Numbered from the stretch's first letter, positions 32,759 through 42,860 are shown. The stretch: 64,000 bases of DNA from an uncultured Streptococcus sp. (GCA_905373305.1 CAJPSM010000001.1:168-64167); one strand, 5' to 3'. Translations and numbers: made by a program. Notes: generated by a model not told the origin, from the letters alone.

Positions 32759-33700
32759 TTAATCTAAATTTGGTTTATAGAAGGAACGATTGTCCATAGC
32801 GAAGATTTTGTTGGTAATCTCTCCTTTGTCCACCAAAGCCAGAGCTGTTGTCATCATCATCATGCTGGCGTCGAGATTATCAATCATATGAATAATCTCT
32901 GCCTCCATAATGCGTGGACGGACTGGACTTCCATACTCTAGCAAGCCATGGTGACTGAGAATCACATGGCGTAGTAGCACCACTTCTTCTCTGGTATCAT
33001 CGATGCCAAGCTCCATGACTGTCTTGGTGATTTCACTATCGATTAGGGCGATATGACCGATGAGATTGCCTCGCACGGTGTACTCCGTCTGATCAGGACC
33101 GCTGAGTTCTAGCACCTTGGCCAAGTCATGCAACATGATCCCGGCATAGAGCAGGCTCTTATTAAGCTGAGGATAGATATCGCTAATGGCATCTGCCAAG
33201 CGCACCATGGTCGCCGTGTGAAAAGCCAAACCCGTTTCAAAGGCATGGTGGTTGGTTTTTGCTGCTGGATAGGAGTAGAATTCCTTATCATATTTGGAGT
33301 AGAGACTGCGAACGATACGTTGCCAGACAGGATTTTCAATTTTGAAAATCATTTGCGACATGTAGTCACGGATTTCCTTGACATCAACTGGCGACTTGAC
33401 CTTGAAATCAGCTGGATCGTTGGGTTCGCCAGGCTGAGGCAGGCGAAGAGTAATTTGATTGACTTGAGGAGTATTATTATAAACTTCTCTGCGCCCTTTC
33501 ATGTGGACCACTTTCCCTGCAGTAAAGGCCTCAATGTTATGAGGCTGGGCATCCCAGAGCTTTCCTTCAATCTCGCCACTATCGTCTTGGAAGGTAAAGG
33601 CTAAGTAGTTTTTCCCAGCTCGAGTTTGCCTCAGGTCAGCTGATTTGATTAGGTAAAAGCCTTCAAATAGCTCATCTTTTTTCATGTGACTAATCTTCAT
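32759..33700 (-). CDS. yhaM: 3'-5' exoribonuclease YhaM (Cbf1)
   Basis: OB fold plus HD domain (PAAKTNHHA, LHDLAK, SHHG, IDNLDA). Start set at ATG 33700. Confidence 0.95.
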   Translation of the reverse strand: MKISHMKKDELFEGFYLIKSADLRQTRAGKNYLAFTFQDDSGEIEGKLWDAQPHNIEAFTAGKVVHMKGRREVYNNTPQVNQITLRLPQPGEPNDPADFKVKSPVDVKEIRDYMSQMIFKIENPVWQRIVRSLYSKYDKEFYSYPAAKTNHHAFETGLAFHTATMVRLADAISDIYPQLNKSLLYAGIMLHDLAKVLELSGPDQTEYTVRGNLIGHIALIDSEITKTVMELGIDDTREEVVLLRHVILSHHGLLEYGSPVRPRIMEAEIIHMIDNLDASMMMMTTALALVDKGEITNKIFAMDNRSFYKPNLD

Positions 33701-34946
33701 ATTCTTCCTCATCTTCTTGGAAATGGAGTAAATCAAGCGCAGGCTCACCTTCTGATAACTCAATGTGACGGAGCGTCCGCTCAATAGCTGTGGTGCGACG
33801 GTTTAATAATTCATCAATATTGCCAGAGGCATGTTGAAGATGTTTTTGTGCCTTAACCAAAATCCCCCCGAACTTGCCAAACTCGGTCTTGACGCTAGCA
33901 AGGGTCTTACTGATATGGTCGGCACTCTTTTGGATATTGAGGGTTTTGAAGCCAACTGATAGGGAATTAAGCAAGGCTGATAGGGTACTTGGGCCTGCGA
34001 CAATAATCTGCTCCTCCCGTCTCAAATCATCAAAGAAGATAGGATTGCGAACAATCTCTGAATAAAGACCTTCTGTCGGAACAAACAAGACTCCAAAATT
34101 GGTCGTCCGAGGTGGCGCTATGTACTTGCTCTTGATATCCTTGGCAAAACGCTTAACACTGGCTAGGAGTGACTTACGACAGCGTTCGATTTCATCCTTA
34201 TCACCTGCTTCATAGGCTTCTTCTAAGCGATAATAATCTGCCAGTGGAAACTTGGAGTCAATTGGCAGGTAGACGTATTCTTGGTTGCCTTGTCCAGGTA
34301 ACTTGATGGCATACTCCACTCGTTCACTGGAGTTTTCAACCGTTGCATATTCTCGTTCGTACTGGGCAGGCGTCATGATGTCTTCAATAATTTGTCCCAG
34401 TTGCAATTCTCCCAGAATGCCTCGCGTTTTGGTTCCTGAGAGAACCTTGTTGAGGACTCCGACATCACGGGCAACTGTCTGCATTTCTCCAAGACCTCGA
34501 TTGACAGACTCCAGTTGCTTGGAAACTGTCTCGAAGGAAGCCTGCAAGCGCGTCTGCAAGGTCTTTTCCAACTTTTCCTCGACTGTCTGGCGCATTTGCT
34601 CCAAGCGTTGCTCATTTGATTCCTGTAAGGCTTGGAGACGTTGGTCGGTCTTGTCTCTGGTTTGCAAGAGATTATCTGTCATTTCTTGACGGACTTGCGT
34701 CAGTCCTTGATGCAACTCCATTCGCACTTCCTGCAAGCGGTCGCTGACAGCCACTTCCAAATCTTTTTGATCCAGCTGACTGGCTTGCCTGGCTTGTTCA
34801 AAGCGATAATCCAGTTGATCTGAAAGATTGTCTGCCTGATCCTCCAAACTCTTGCTTAGGTGTTTCTCCTGCTTATCCTGCCTTTGCCAAATCAGAAAGA
34901 GACCAGCTAGATTGGCAATTAATAATAGTAATAATACAGTCTCCAT
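33690..34946 (-). CDS. rmuC: DNA recombination protein RmuC
   Basis: N-terminal TM, coiled coil, KTRGILGE, PIDSKFP, FVPTEGLY. Confidence 0.94.
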   Translation of the reverse strand: METVLLLLLIANLAGLFLIWQRQDKQEKHLSKSLEDQADNLSDQLDYRFEQARQASQLDQKDLEVAVSDRLQEVRMELHQGLTQVRQEMTDNLLQTRDKTDQRLQALQESNEQRLEQMRQTVEEKLEKTLQTRLQASFETVSKQLESVNRGLGEMQTVARDVGVLNKVLSGTKTRGILGELQLGQIIEDIMTPAQYEREYATVENSSERVEYAIKLPGQGNQEYVYLPIDSKFPLADYYRLEEAYEAGDKDEIERCRKSLLASVKRFAKDIKSKYIAPPRTTNFGVLFVPTEGLYSEIVRNPIFFDDLRREEQIIVAGPSTLSALLNSLSVGFKTLNIQKSADHISKTLASVKTEFGKFGGILVKAQKHLQHASGNIDELLNRRTTAIERTLRHIELSEGEPALDLLHFQEDEEEYED

Positions 34947-34947
34947 C

Positions 34948-35610
34948 CTACCTCCTATCCTTGCTATGCAGTACGACTACATAACCATCTGGGCAAGTCA
35001 CCGAAACTTCCCTATCTATATATTCGTTAGAAGCGTACACTTTTTTAAAGAAAAAATTTTCCTCAGTCAATTCGTACTTGGCACCGAGAATGGTCAACTG
35101 GCTATCCCGAACCGGCATAAAGGCTAGATAGTCATAGTCCGAACGGGGTTGAAGTTGACTGGTCCCTTCTGGACAATAGCCGATTACATTTTGTCCATCC
35201 TCAATCGCTATCTGACGCATATAGGGCGCCAACTTGGGATTGCTAGGTAAAAAGACATTAGCCAGCATATGATCAATGCGACCACCCAAAGCACCGAAAA
35301 TAGTGACCTGAGCATGGGGATTTTGCTCAAAGATGGTCAAGAGAGCCAATTCCAGATCCGTATCATCCTTTTCTGGCTGGGCTTGGATAAAGCGCTGGGC
35401 ACGTTTTTGAATCAACTGACGTTCGTCTGCAGTCACCGAATCAAAATCCCCAACTGCTAGAGCCAGAGAAAGGTCTTCTTCCAAGACCCAGAGCGAGCCA
35501 CGATCCACACCGACAAAGCAATCAAAATTCGTCCGATAATGACCACGGTCTCCACCTGCAAAAACGGCTACTTTAGTCCAATTGTTTTCTGAGAGTTTGC
35601 ACTCGTTCAT
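34948..35610 (-). CDS. thiN: Thiamine pyrophosphokinase
   Basis: VDRG, GDFDS, EKDDTD, GGRIDH, ASNE. Confidence 0.94.
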   Translation of the reverse strand: MNECKLSENNWTKVAVFAGGDRGHYRTNFDCFVGVDRGSLWVLEEDLSLALAVGDFDSVTADERQLIQKRAQRFIQAQPEKDDTDLELALLTIFEQNPHAQVTIFGALGGRIDHMLANVFLPSNPKLAPYMRQIAIEDGQNVIGYCPEGTSQLQPRSDYDYLAFMPVRDSQLTILGAKYELTEENFFFKKVYASNEYIDREVSVTCPDGYVVVLHSKDRR

Positions 35611-36229
35611 TTACATCTCCCTTAAAGACATAGGATCCCGCTACAAAAACGGTCGCCCCAGCTTCTTTGGTTTGAGCAATGGTCTGGTCATCAATGCCGC
35701 CATCGACTTCAATTTCAAAGTTCAAACCTTTTTCCTGACGAAGGACAACCAACTCACGAATCTTATCCATGGTTTCAGGTAGAAAGGCTTGCCCGCCGAA
35801 GCCAGGGTTAACCGTCATGACCAAAACTTGGTCAACTAGGTGAAGTACGTGTTTGATAGCTTCAACCGGCGTACCAGGGTTAATGACAACAGATGGCTTG
35901 ACACCTAGAGAGCGAATCTTTTGAAGAGCGCCATGGATATGAGGTGTTGCCTCTACATGGATGCTGATGATATCCGCTCCTGCACGCGCAAAGTCCTCTA
36001 AATGATGTTCAGGATTAGCTACCATCAAGTGGCAGTCAAAGACCATCTTGCTATGGGGGCGAAGGCTTTCAACCACACCTGCACCAAAACTGATTTGTGG
36101 CACAAAGTGACCATCCATGATATCGATATGAGCATATTCTGCCCCAGTTGCTTCTAGGCGTTTGATTTCACGTTCAAAGTTGGCATAATCTGCTGCCAGA
36201 ATTGACGGAGCAATCTTGTATTGAGACAT
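35573..36229 (-). CDS. rpe: Ribulose-phosphate 3-epimerase
   Basis: IAPSIL, HIDIMDGHFVP, DCHLM, VNPGFGGQ, VDGG. Start set at ATG 36229. Confidence 0.96.
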   Translation of the reverse strand: MSQYKIAPSILAADYANFEREIKRLEATGAEYAHIDIMDGHFVPQISFGAGVVESLRPHSKMVFDCHLMVANPEHHLEDFARAGADIISIHVEATPHIHGALQKIRSLGVKPSVVINPGTPVEAIKHVLHLVDQVLVMTVNPGFGGQAFLPETMDKIRELVVLRQEKGLNFEIEVDGGIDDQTIAQTKEAGATVFVAGSYVFKGDVNERVQTLRKQLD

Positions 36230-36239
36230 AGGTTTCTCC

Positions 36240-37118
36240 TTATTTTGGAATTTTTTTGCTGACTTTTTTGTAGGTTTCTCTGCGATTTTCAATCTCACTG
36301 AGGAATTGGAGATAGTTGTCAAAACGGAAGCTGGCAATGGCTCCCTCTTCTACAGCTGGCTTGACTGCGCAGGACGGCTCATGGGTATGAGTACAAGTAC
36401 GGAATTTACAGTCTCGACTGATAGAGGCAATCTCTGGAAAAGCCTGATTGAGGTCTTCTGCTGTTGACACTTCATAATCCAGAGATGAAAATCCTGGCGT
36501 GTCTGCAATTTTACCACCATTGAGATTGTAAAAACTAACAGCTCGAGTAGTATGGCGACCACGACCTAAACTATCAGAAATTGCTCCCGTCTCTAGATTG
36601 AGGTCCGGTGCGATTTTGTTGAGAAGGGTTGACTTCCCAACACCTGTCTGCCCCATAAAGACTGTAACCTTACCTGTTAACAAGGGCAGGAGTTCTTCCT
36701 TACTAGTCACAAAGTCGTAACCAATGACACGATAGGTTTGTTGGTAAAAACTTAATTCTTCCCTATCTTCTAGCAAATCCATCTTAGAAATATAGACGAT
36801 GGGATGGATGCCCTTGTGCTCCAAAAGAACCAAGAAACGATCTAGCAAATTGCTGTTAAAATCAGGTTCCTTGACCGACATGATAACCACAGCTTGGTCG
36901 ATATTAACAATAGGCGGACGGACCAGGCTATTTTTCCGTTCGTGAATCTTGAGAATATAGCCTTCTGAATTTTCCTCGGCAGAAAAATCGACCCAGTCCC
37001 CAACATAGGGTGTATGACCTTTTTTACGGAAATTTCCACGCGCCCGTGTCTGATAAACCTGGCCCTCACTCTCCACATAGTAGAAGCCCGCCAAGGCTTT
37101 AATGATTTGTCCCTGCAT
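36240..37118 (-). CDS. rsgA: Ribosome small subunit-dependent GTPase A
   Basis: [23 protein letters not shown]-terminal Zn finger [11 protein letters not shown]. Confidence 0.96.
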   Translation of the reverse strand: MQGQIIKALAGFYYVESEGQVYQTRARGNFRKKGHTPYVGDWVDFSAEENSEGYILKIHERKNSLVRPPIVNIDQAVVIMSVKEPDFNSNLLDRFLVLLEHKGIHPIVYISKMDLLEDREELSFYQQTYRVIGYDFVTSKEELLPLLTGKVTVFMGQTGVGKSTLLNKIAPDLNLETGAISDSLGRGRHTTRAVSFYNLNGGKIADTPGFSSLDYEVSTAEDLNQAFPEIASISRDCKFRTCTHTHEPSCAVKPAVEEGAIASFRFDNYLQFLSEIENRRETYKKVSKKIPK

Positions 37119-37119
37119 C

Positions 37120-37992
37120 TTAGAGCCCTTGTCCTTTTAGCGCATCTGCTAGGCTAGCAAATTCTGCCAAGCCGAGAGCTTCTCCACGTACACTTGGTGA
37201 CAAACCTGCTTGATCCAAAGCCTTGATCAACTTTTCCTTGACTTCCTCAGTCTTGCCAAAGTAGCCTGTCAGGTTGTTCCACAAGGTCTTGCGGCGATGG
37301 GTGAAACTAGCTTTGGAAACCTTAAAGAAAAAGTTCTCGTCTTCTACTGCTACAGCTGGTTCTGAGCGACGTACCATTTTCAGGATAGCCGAGTCCACGT
37401 TTGGCGCTGGTACAAAGACCGTACGAGGTACGATAAAGGCCACCTTGGCTGTCATGTAATACTGCACAGCAATAGACAAACTACCGTAAGCCTTAGTATT
37501 TGGCTGTGCTGAGATACGATCTGCTACTTCTTTTTGCATCATGACCACAAACTCGCTAAAAGGAATTCCACTCTCAATCAAGTGCATGAGAATAGGCGTC
37601 GTAATGTAGTATGGCAAGTTGGCTACTACCTTGATTGGCAGTTCAGGATTTTTGAAATTCTGGATATGCTGCGCCAAGTCAACCTTGAGAATGTCCTCGT
37701 TGACTACGGTCACATTGTCAAAATCACGCAAGGTATCTGCCAAAATTGGCACCAAACGGTGGTCAATCTCAAAGGCCATAACTTCTGCCGCACGCTCAGC
37801 CAAAAATTCCGTCAAGGCCCCAATTCCTGGCCCAATTTCGATGACATTGACCTGGTCATCAATCTCAGCCGTATCCACGATTTTTTGAAGGATATTGGTA
37901 TCCGTCAGGAAATTCTGCCCGAAGGACTTTTTAAAAGTAAAACCGTGACGCTCCAGCACTGCCTTGGTTACGCTATAATCTGCAATTCTCAT
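37120..37992 (-). CDS. ksgA: 16S rRNA dimethyladenosine transferase
   Basis: [28 protein letters not shown]. Confidence 0.97.
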   Translation of the reverse strand: MRIADYSVTKAVLERHGFTFKKSFGQNFLTDTNILQKIVDTAEIDDQVNVIEIGPGIGALTEFLAERAAEVMAFEIDHRLVPILADTLRDFDNVTVVNEDILKVDLAQHIQNFKNPELPIKVVANLPYYITTPILMHLIESGIPFSEFVVMMQKEVADRISAQPNTKAYGSLSIAVQYYMTAKVAFIVPRTVFVPAPNVDSAILKMVRRSEPAVAVEDENFFFKVSKASFTHRRKTLWNNLTGYFGKTEEVKEKLIKALDQAGLSPSVRGEALGLAEFASLADALKGQGL

Positions 37993-38009
37993 CTATTCTC
38001 TTTTCTAAT
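37962..38009. repeat. Copy 1 of a ~48-bp direct repeat (functional ksgA upstream region and first codons)
   Basis: ccttggttacgctataatctgcaattctcatctattctcttttctaat; 42 of 48 positions match 38888-38934. Confidence 0.85.
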
Positions 38010-38011
38010 TA

Positions 38012-38725
38012 TTAGCTAAAAATAATATATAGAAGCCACACAATTCCTAGTGCCAACAAAATCCAAAATACAAAAAGAACACGATGTTTGTTCCCTTTTG
38101 AATCAGCTCCAATCATATCAAGTACTTTTTTATCTTCTTGGGGGTTCATTTTCTTCAATTCATCATGATAGGCAACCGAATCTAGAATATTATCTTCTGG
38201 CAATAATTCTGAAGCATAATAATCAGGAAAACCCATAGCAAGACCAATTAAGTTCTTTTCTGTCAAAGAAAAATCTAAATCTTTGGGTTGATTTCCCCGA
38301 ATAGCTCGTATGTTTTTTAACAGTTTATCAGAAACAACAGACACTTGGTCCATAAAAACAACATCTAAAAGATCAAATCCAAGCACATCACCGTCTTTTA
38401 CGTTTGCAAGAATATAACGAACAAAGGCATCATATAGTTGCACGGATTGCGGGACATTTTCTTCTAAAAAAGAGCGGTTTTGGAGGGCATTCTGCTGGAA
38501 TTTTTCAATAGGAAGCAAGATATCTACATTCTGCTCTTGATAAAACGTTTCTGCTCGCTCTTCATCTTCTTCGAGTTTTTCTGCTGTTTTCCAGAGAGAA
38601 ATGGGAGTTCTTAAATCTTCTTCATCCCAAAATAATTGCCAAAAATATGGTATAGTGTAGATGCCTGCTGTTAAGATACGAGCTTCATCCCCGTTTTTTA
38701 AGTAAATATAACTTCTATTTGCCAT
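38012..38725 (-). CDS. Hypothetical protein with a C-terminal membrane anchor
   Basis: Long ORF with RBS GAAAGGA before ATG 38725 (MANRSYIYL). Acidic soluble body and one terminal TM. Family not recognised. Confidence 0.75.
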   Translation of the reverse strand: MANRSYIYLKNGDEARILTAGIYTIPYFWQLFWDEEDLRTPISLWKTAEKLEEDEERAETFYQEQNVDILLPIEKFQQNALQNRSFLEENVPQSVQLYDAFVRYILANVKDGDVLGFDLLDVVFMDQVSVVSDKLLKNIRAIRGNQPKDLDFSLTEKNLIGLAMGFPDYYASELLPEDNILDSVAYHDELKKMNPQEDKKVLDMIGADSKGNKHRVLFVFWILLALGIVWLLYIIFS

Positions 38726-38887
38726 ATCGTTTCCTTTCACAATCTTTTAAGTCGGTCAGTGGTTCAAGCAGGATGTAGATAAAACTATAAAGTTTCCAAT
38801 TTTTTGCCTAATCGAAAAGCTAGACTTCATTTAAAAAGATGTTTCATAAAAGCACTGAGTGACAATAACGATACATAGCCGGTTTGA

Positions 38888-38934
38888 CCTTGGTCACGCT
38901 ATAATCGCAATCCTTATCTATCCTCTTTACTAAT
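38888..38934. repeat. Copy 2 (degenerate) of the ksgA start region
   Basis: ccttggtcacgctataatc-gcaatccttatctatcctctttactaat; ATG changed to ATA plus a 1-bp deletion. Confidence 0.85.
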
Positions 38935-39249
38935 ATAGTATGCTTCCGGGGTACTATGATAAAGCAAAACAAATAAGGGGGTCTCATTCATTCCTCTCAA
39001 CGTCTCTTTTAAGACCGCATCTGGATGGATAATCTCTCGTGTTTTGGTGAAATAAACACCTTGTTCACCATTGCGATTACGGAGTTCCCAGGCGACATTA
39101 TTTCCTTGAACAGACGGCAAATAACGTTCCTTTTCTAGAAAGTCAAAAAATTCTTTCACCGTCATATCTTCAGAAACCTCAAATTCCATCTCATGAGGCA
39201 ACACATCATCTCCCATACAGATAGATTCTCTATCAACTCGGATTTTCAT
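38914..39249 (-). CDS. Hypothetical protein (111 aa, RESICMGDD N-terminus)
   Basis: Purine-rich upstream region AGGAAAGAG and its own TG-T-TACAAT -10 near 39309-39317. Family not recognised. Confidence 0.75.
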   Translation of the reverse strand: MKIRVDRESICMGDDVLPHEMEFEVSEDMTVKEFFDFLEKERYLPSVQGNNVAWELRNRNGEQGVYFTKTREIIHPDAVLKETLRGMNETPLFVLLYHSTPEAYYISKEDR

Positions 39250-39345
39250 TTCGCTCTTTCCTTGTAAGTTTCTACTTGAACGCTATCAAAATAAATCTAA
39301 GTACCTCTATTGTAACACATTCCGCCTACATTTTGGGACGGTTTC

Positions 39346-39909
39346 TCAATCCTCATAACTGGTCATAGCATCTTCAACTTCAGCTAGACTAATGCCAAAT
39401 AACTCTAAGCGCTTGAGGAGTTGCTTGCCGTTGGAATAGCCGATGCGGAGCTGTTCGCCCAGATACTCTCGGCGTTTACGACTGTCTGCTCCCGCTAGGA
39501 AACCAAGACGAATCAAGTCACTACGGCTGATATCAAAGTCACTTTCTGCTTCAAACTGCTCAGTAACTTGTTCCAGCGCTGTTTTTAGGTCTGCATAGCT
39601 GGCGTGTTCAATTCCCAGGGAACGGCCCTTGGTCTTGGACTTGGGAACCGCTTCATCTCGTTTGAGAAAGGCATGCTGAACTGTCGGAATGGCCGTCATA
39701 ATCATGCGACGAATGCGTTCGCCATTAAAGTCAGGATCTGTAAAGATAATGACACCATGCAAGTCATGCAGGCGACGAATGCGCTCTATATCCTGGTCAT
39801 TGATAGCCGATCCTCGTGTCTCATAGGTCTCTACATCAAAGTAACGTTTGAGATTGGCTGTATCATCCCGTCCTTCGACTACGATGACTTGGGAAATTTT
39901 TTCTTTCAT
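39346..39909 (-). CDS. rnmV: Ribonuclease M5
   Basis: Toprim motifs VVEGRDD and TDPDFNGE; GIEHAS. Confidence 0.95.
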   Translation of the reverse strand: MKEKISQVIVVEGRDDTANLKRYFDVETYETRGSAINDQDIERIRRLHDLHGVIIFTDPDFNGERIRRMIMTAIPTVQHAFLKRDEAVPKSKTKGRSLGIEHASYADLKTALEQVTEQFEAESDFDISRSDLIRLGFLAGADSRKRREYLGEQLRIGYSNGKQLLKRLELFGISLAEVEDAMTSYED

Positions 39910-40682
39910 GATTGTTTTTCCAATCCAAAAATACGCTCTGCATTGGCACTTGTCACAGCAGCTAATTCTTCTGTCGCCATCCCACGCAAGTTGGCGATAA
40001 AGTCCACGACATAGCGGGTGTAGGCTGTCTTGTTTTCACGACCGCGCTTGGGAACAGGTGCCAAGTAAGGCGCATCTGTCTCAACGAGTATTTTATCCAA
40101 AGGAAGTTCTCTAGCAGCTTCTTGGATATCCGTCGCTTTCTTAAAGGTTACCACTCCCGAGAAGGAAATAGTCATACCAAGCTCGACAAACTTTTCTGCC
40201 CACTCAAGAGAGCCTGAAAACGAATGCATAATCCCACCACGAGGACCAACGCCCTCGCTCTTGATGATCTCATAGGTATCTTCCAGCGCATCCCTGGTAT
40301 GGACCACAAAAGGCAAATCCAAGTCCTTAGACAACTGAATCTGACGACGAAAAACCTGCTCCTGCACTTCCTTAGGTGCGGTCATCCAATGGTAGTCCAG
40401 ACCAATCTCACCCAAAGCAACAACCTTGGGATGCTTAAGCTTTTCAAGCAAGTAAGCCTCGACCTCGTCAGTATATGTACCTGCTTCAGTCGGATGCCAG
40501 CCAATAGTCGCGTAGAGTTGCTCATACTCATCTGCCAACTCTAGGGCACGTTCAATGGTTGGCTTGTCAAAACCAACAATATTCATCTGTGTCACACCCA
40601 TCTCAGCAGCCAAGGAGATTTCTTCTGCCTCGCGTCCTGCAAATTCTTCTACATTTAAATGTGTGTGCGTATCAAAAATCAT
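39906..40682 (-). CDS. tatD: TatD family hydrolase
   Basis: FDTHTH, GWHP, GEIGLD, VHTRDA, MHSF, VETDAPY. Start reset to ATG 40682. Confidence 0.95.
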   Translation of the reverse strand: MIFDTHTHLNVEEFAGREAEEISLAAEMGVTQMNIVGFDKPTIERALELADEYEQLYATIGWHPTEAGTYTDEVEAYLLEKLKHPKVVALGEIGLDYHWMTAPKEVQEQVFRRQIQLSKDLDLPFVVHTRDALEDTYEIIKSEGVGPRGGIMHSFSGSLEWAEKFVELGMTISFSGVVTFKKATDIQEAARELPLDKILVETDAPYLAPVPKRGRENKTAYTRYVVDFIANLRGMATEELAAVTSANAERIFGLEKQS

Positions 40683-40833
40683 CTCTTCTAACCTCATTTT
40701 CTTCCATCTATTATACCAAAAATAGCAGCCCTCGGCTTGGAAAAATATCCAAAAACCAATCATTCTCCCTTGACTGCCTTTTTTCAAAGCAGTATAATAA
40801 CACTTATTGAAATTTTCATCAAAGGAAAAGAAA

Positions 40834-42678
40834 ATGTTTAGAAAATTAAAATATACCTTTATCGGTCGACCACTCAAGTCTCTCACAGACGGCGAAGGGG
40901 GATTACTTGGAAAAATGCAGGCACTTGCAATGTTATCCAGTGATGCCCTGTCTTCTATTGCCTATGGACCTGAACAAGTCATTATCGTTTTAGTCAGTCT
41001 CTCTCCTCTCGCTATTTGGTGGAGCCTCCCTATCGGTATTTTTGTCCTCTTACTCCTCGCTAGTTTGACCATTTCCTATCGTCAAATCATTCATGCCTAT
41101 CCTCAAGGAGGAGGGGCTTATATGGTCACTCGGGAAAATCTCTCCCCTGAACTGGGCTTGATTGCAGGAGGCAGTCTCCTTGTTGACTATATGCTGACAG
41201 TAGCCGTATCCGTCGCTTCTGGAGCTGATGCTATTACAGCAGCCATACCTGCCCTCCATCCCTACAATCTTCATATCTCTATTTTCCTAGTCTGCCTGCT
41301 CATGCTCTTGAATTTAAGAGGATTGAAAGAATCTGCCAGCTCTCTGATGATTCCCGTCTACCTCTTTATCTTCAGTACCGTCTTTCTCTTGCTTTATGGG
41401 GTCTTTCAACTGTTTACAGGTTCCCTAAACTATCAGGCAACTTCAACCATTGGACAAACTGTTCCGAGCCTTTCCATCGTTCTCCTACTAAGAGCCTTTA
41501 CCAGTGGCTCTGCCTCTCTGACAGGGGTTGAAGCTATTTCAAATGCGGTACCATTTTTTAAAACTCCGAAAGAAAAGAATGCTGCTCAGACTTTGACCAT
41601 CATGTCGCTGATTTTAGGATTTCTTTTTGCAGGCATTACCTTCCTAAACTACTGGATGGGTATCACGCCTCAACACGGAGAAACCATCCTCTCGCAAATG
41701 GCCAAGGGCATTCTTGGTGATTCATTCTTTGGTCATGCTAGCTACTATCTCTTCCAGTTCTCGACTGCCTTGATTCTAGCCGTAGCTGCAAATACTGGCT
41801 TTTCAGCCTTCCCTATGCTGTCCTACAATATGGCCAAAAACAAGTACATGCCCCATCTCTTTATGGAAAAAGGGGATCGCCTTGGCTACTCCAACGGTAT
41901 CTTAACTCTGGCTTTTGGAGCTATGATCCTTCTTCTAATTTTTAATGGGAATACTGAACGCTTGATTCCTCTTTATACTATCGGGGTCTTCGTTCCCTTT
42001 GCCCTATCTCAGACTGGAATGATTCGTCATTGGAAAAAGGAAAAAGGAGCAAACTTCTTAAAACCTGCCTTTGCTAATATCCTTGGGGCCATCATTTGTT
42101 ATGCTATCGTTCTCATTTTACTCCTCTTCAGACTGGGTGATATCTGGCCATTCTTCCCAATTATCCTAGTTTTAACCTTCCTCTTTTTGTCTATCCACAG
42201 TCATTATCAAAAAGTGGCAAAACAACTACGACTCTACGATGGAATCCAAAAACGCACTTATGACGGCAACCTTGTTCTTGTCCTAGTAGGAAATGTCACT
42301 CGGGTAAGCGTAGGAGCGATTAACTACGCTCAAAGTATCGGTGACGAAGTGTTGGCCATGCACATTTCTACTAAAGAAACGGCTGAAAAAGACCAAGAAA
42401 GTCTTCAGGAATTTTCCGATTACTTCCCAAATATCACTCTGAAAAATATCAACACCAGTTACCGCGACATCATCACCCCTAGCGTCAAGTATGTCAAACG
42501 AATCGCCCAAGAAGCCAAGCAAAAAAACTATACCGTTACAGTCCTCGTCCCACAGTTTATCCCTAACAAGCCTTGGCAAAATATCCTGCACAATCAAATG
42601 AGCCTCAAACTAAAATACGCTCTTAGATGGCATGAAGACGTCGTTGTCGCTAGCTACTCCTATCACTTAAAAGAATAA
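40834..42678 (+). CDS. kimA: APC-superfamily permease, KimA/YdaO-like potassium transporter
   Basis: LAMLSSDALSSIAYGPE, YPQGGGAY, LTGVEAISN and a soluble C-terminal domain ending LHNQ. Start set at ATG 40834. Confidence 0.8.
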   Translation: MFRKLKYTFIGRPLKSLTDGEGGLLGKMQALAMLSSDALSSIAYGPEQVIIVLVSLSPLAIWWSLPIGIFVLLLLASLTISYRQIIHAYPQGGGAYMVTRENLSPELGLIAGGSLLVDYMLTVAVSVASGADAITAAIPALHPYNLHISIFLVCLLMLLNLRGLKESASSLMIPVYLFIFSTVFLLLYGVFQLFTGSLNYQATSTIGQTVPSLSIVLLLRAFTSGSASLTGVEAISNAVPFFKTPKEKNAAQTLTIMSLILGFLFAGITFLNYWMGITPQHGETILSQMAKGILGDSFFGHASYYLFQFSTALILAVAANTGFSAFPMLSYNMAKNKYMPHLFMEKGDRLGYSNGILTLAFGAMILLLIFNGNTERLIPLYTIGVFVPFALSQTGMIRHWKKEKGANFLKPAFANILGAIICYAIVLILLLFRLGDIWPFFPIILVLTFLFLSIHSHYQKVAKQLRLYDGIQKRTYDGNLVLVLVGNVTRVSVGAINYAQSIGDEVLAMHISTKETAEKDQESLQEFSDYFPNITLKNINTSYRDIITPSVKYVKRIAQEAKQKNYTVTVLVPQFIPNKPWQNILHNQMSLKLKYALRWHEDVVVASYSYHLKE

Positions 42679-42680
42679 AC

Positions 42681-42722
42681 AAAAACTCAAAATCAGTAAC
42701 GTATATCTGGTTTTGAGTTTTT
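42681..42722 (+). terminator. Intrinsic terminator of the KimA-like gene
   Basis: AAAAACTCAAAATCAG...CTGGTTTTGAGTTTTT. Confidence 0.75.
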
Positions 42723-42860
42723 CTATATGCAATCTTTTAAATAGGTCCTCTATGAATTTCAGTTGAAATGGACGATTTCATGGACAATTCACTATGTAAG
42801 ATAAAAAGAAAAGCCAGTAGACTCGAGTTCCTACTGACTTCTTTGTTGAATTCGTTTGGA

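Noticed and set aside
40683..40886. Long N-terminal extension of tatD overlapping the kimA-like gene
   Set aside because: TatD homology starts at MIFDTHTH (40682); the extension is in-frame intergenic sequence that contains the promoters.
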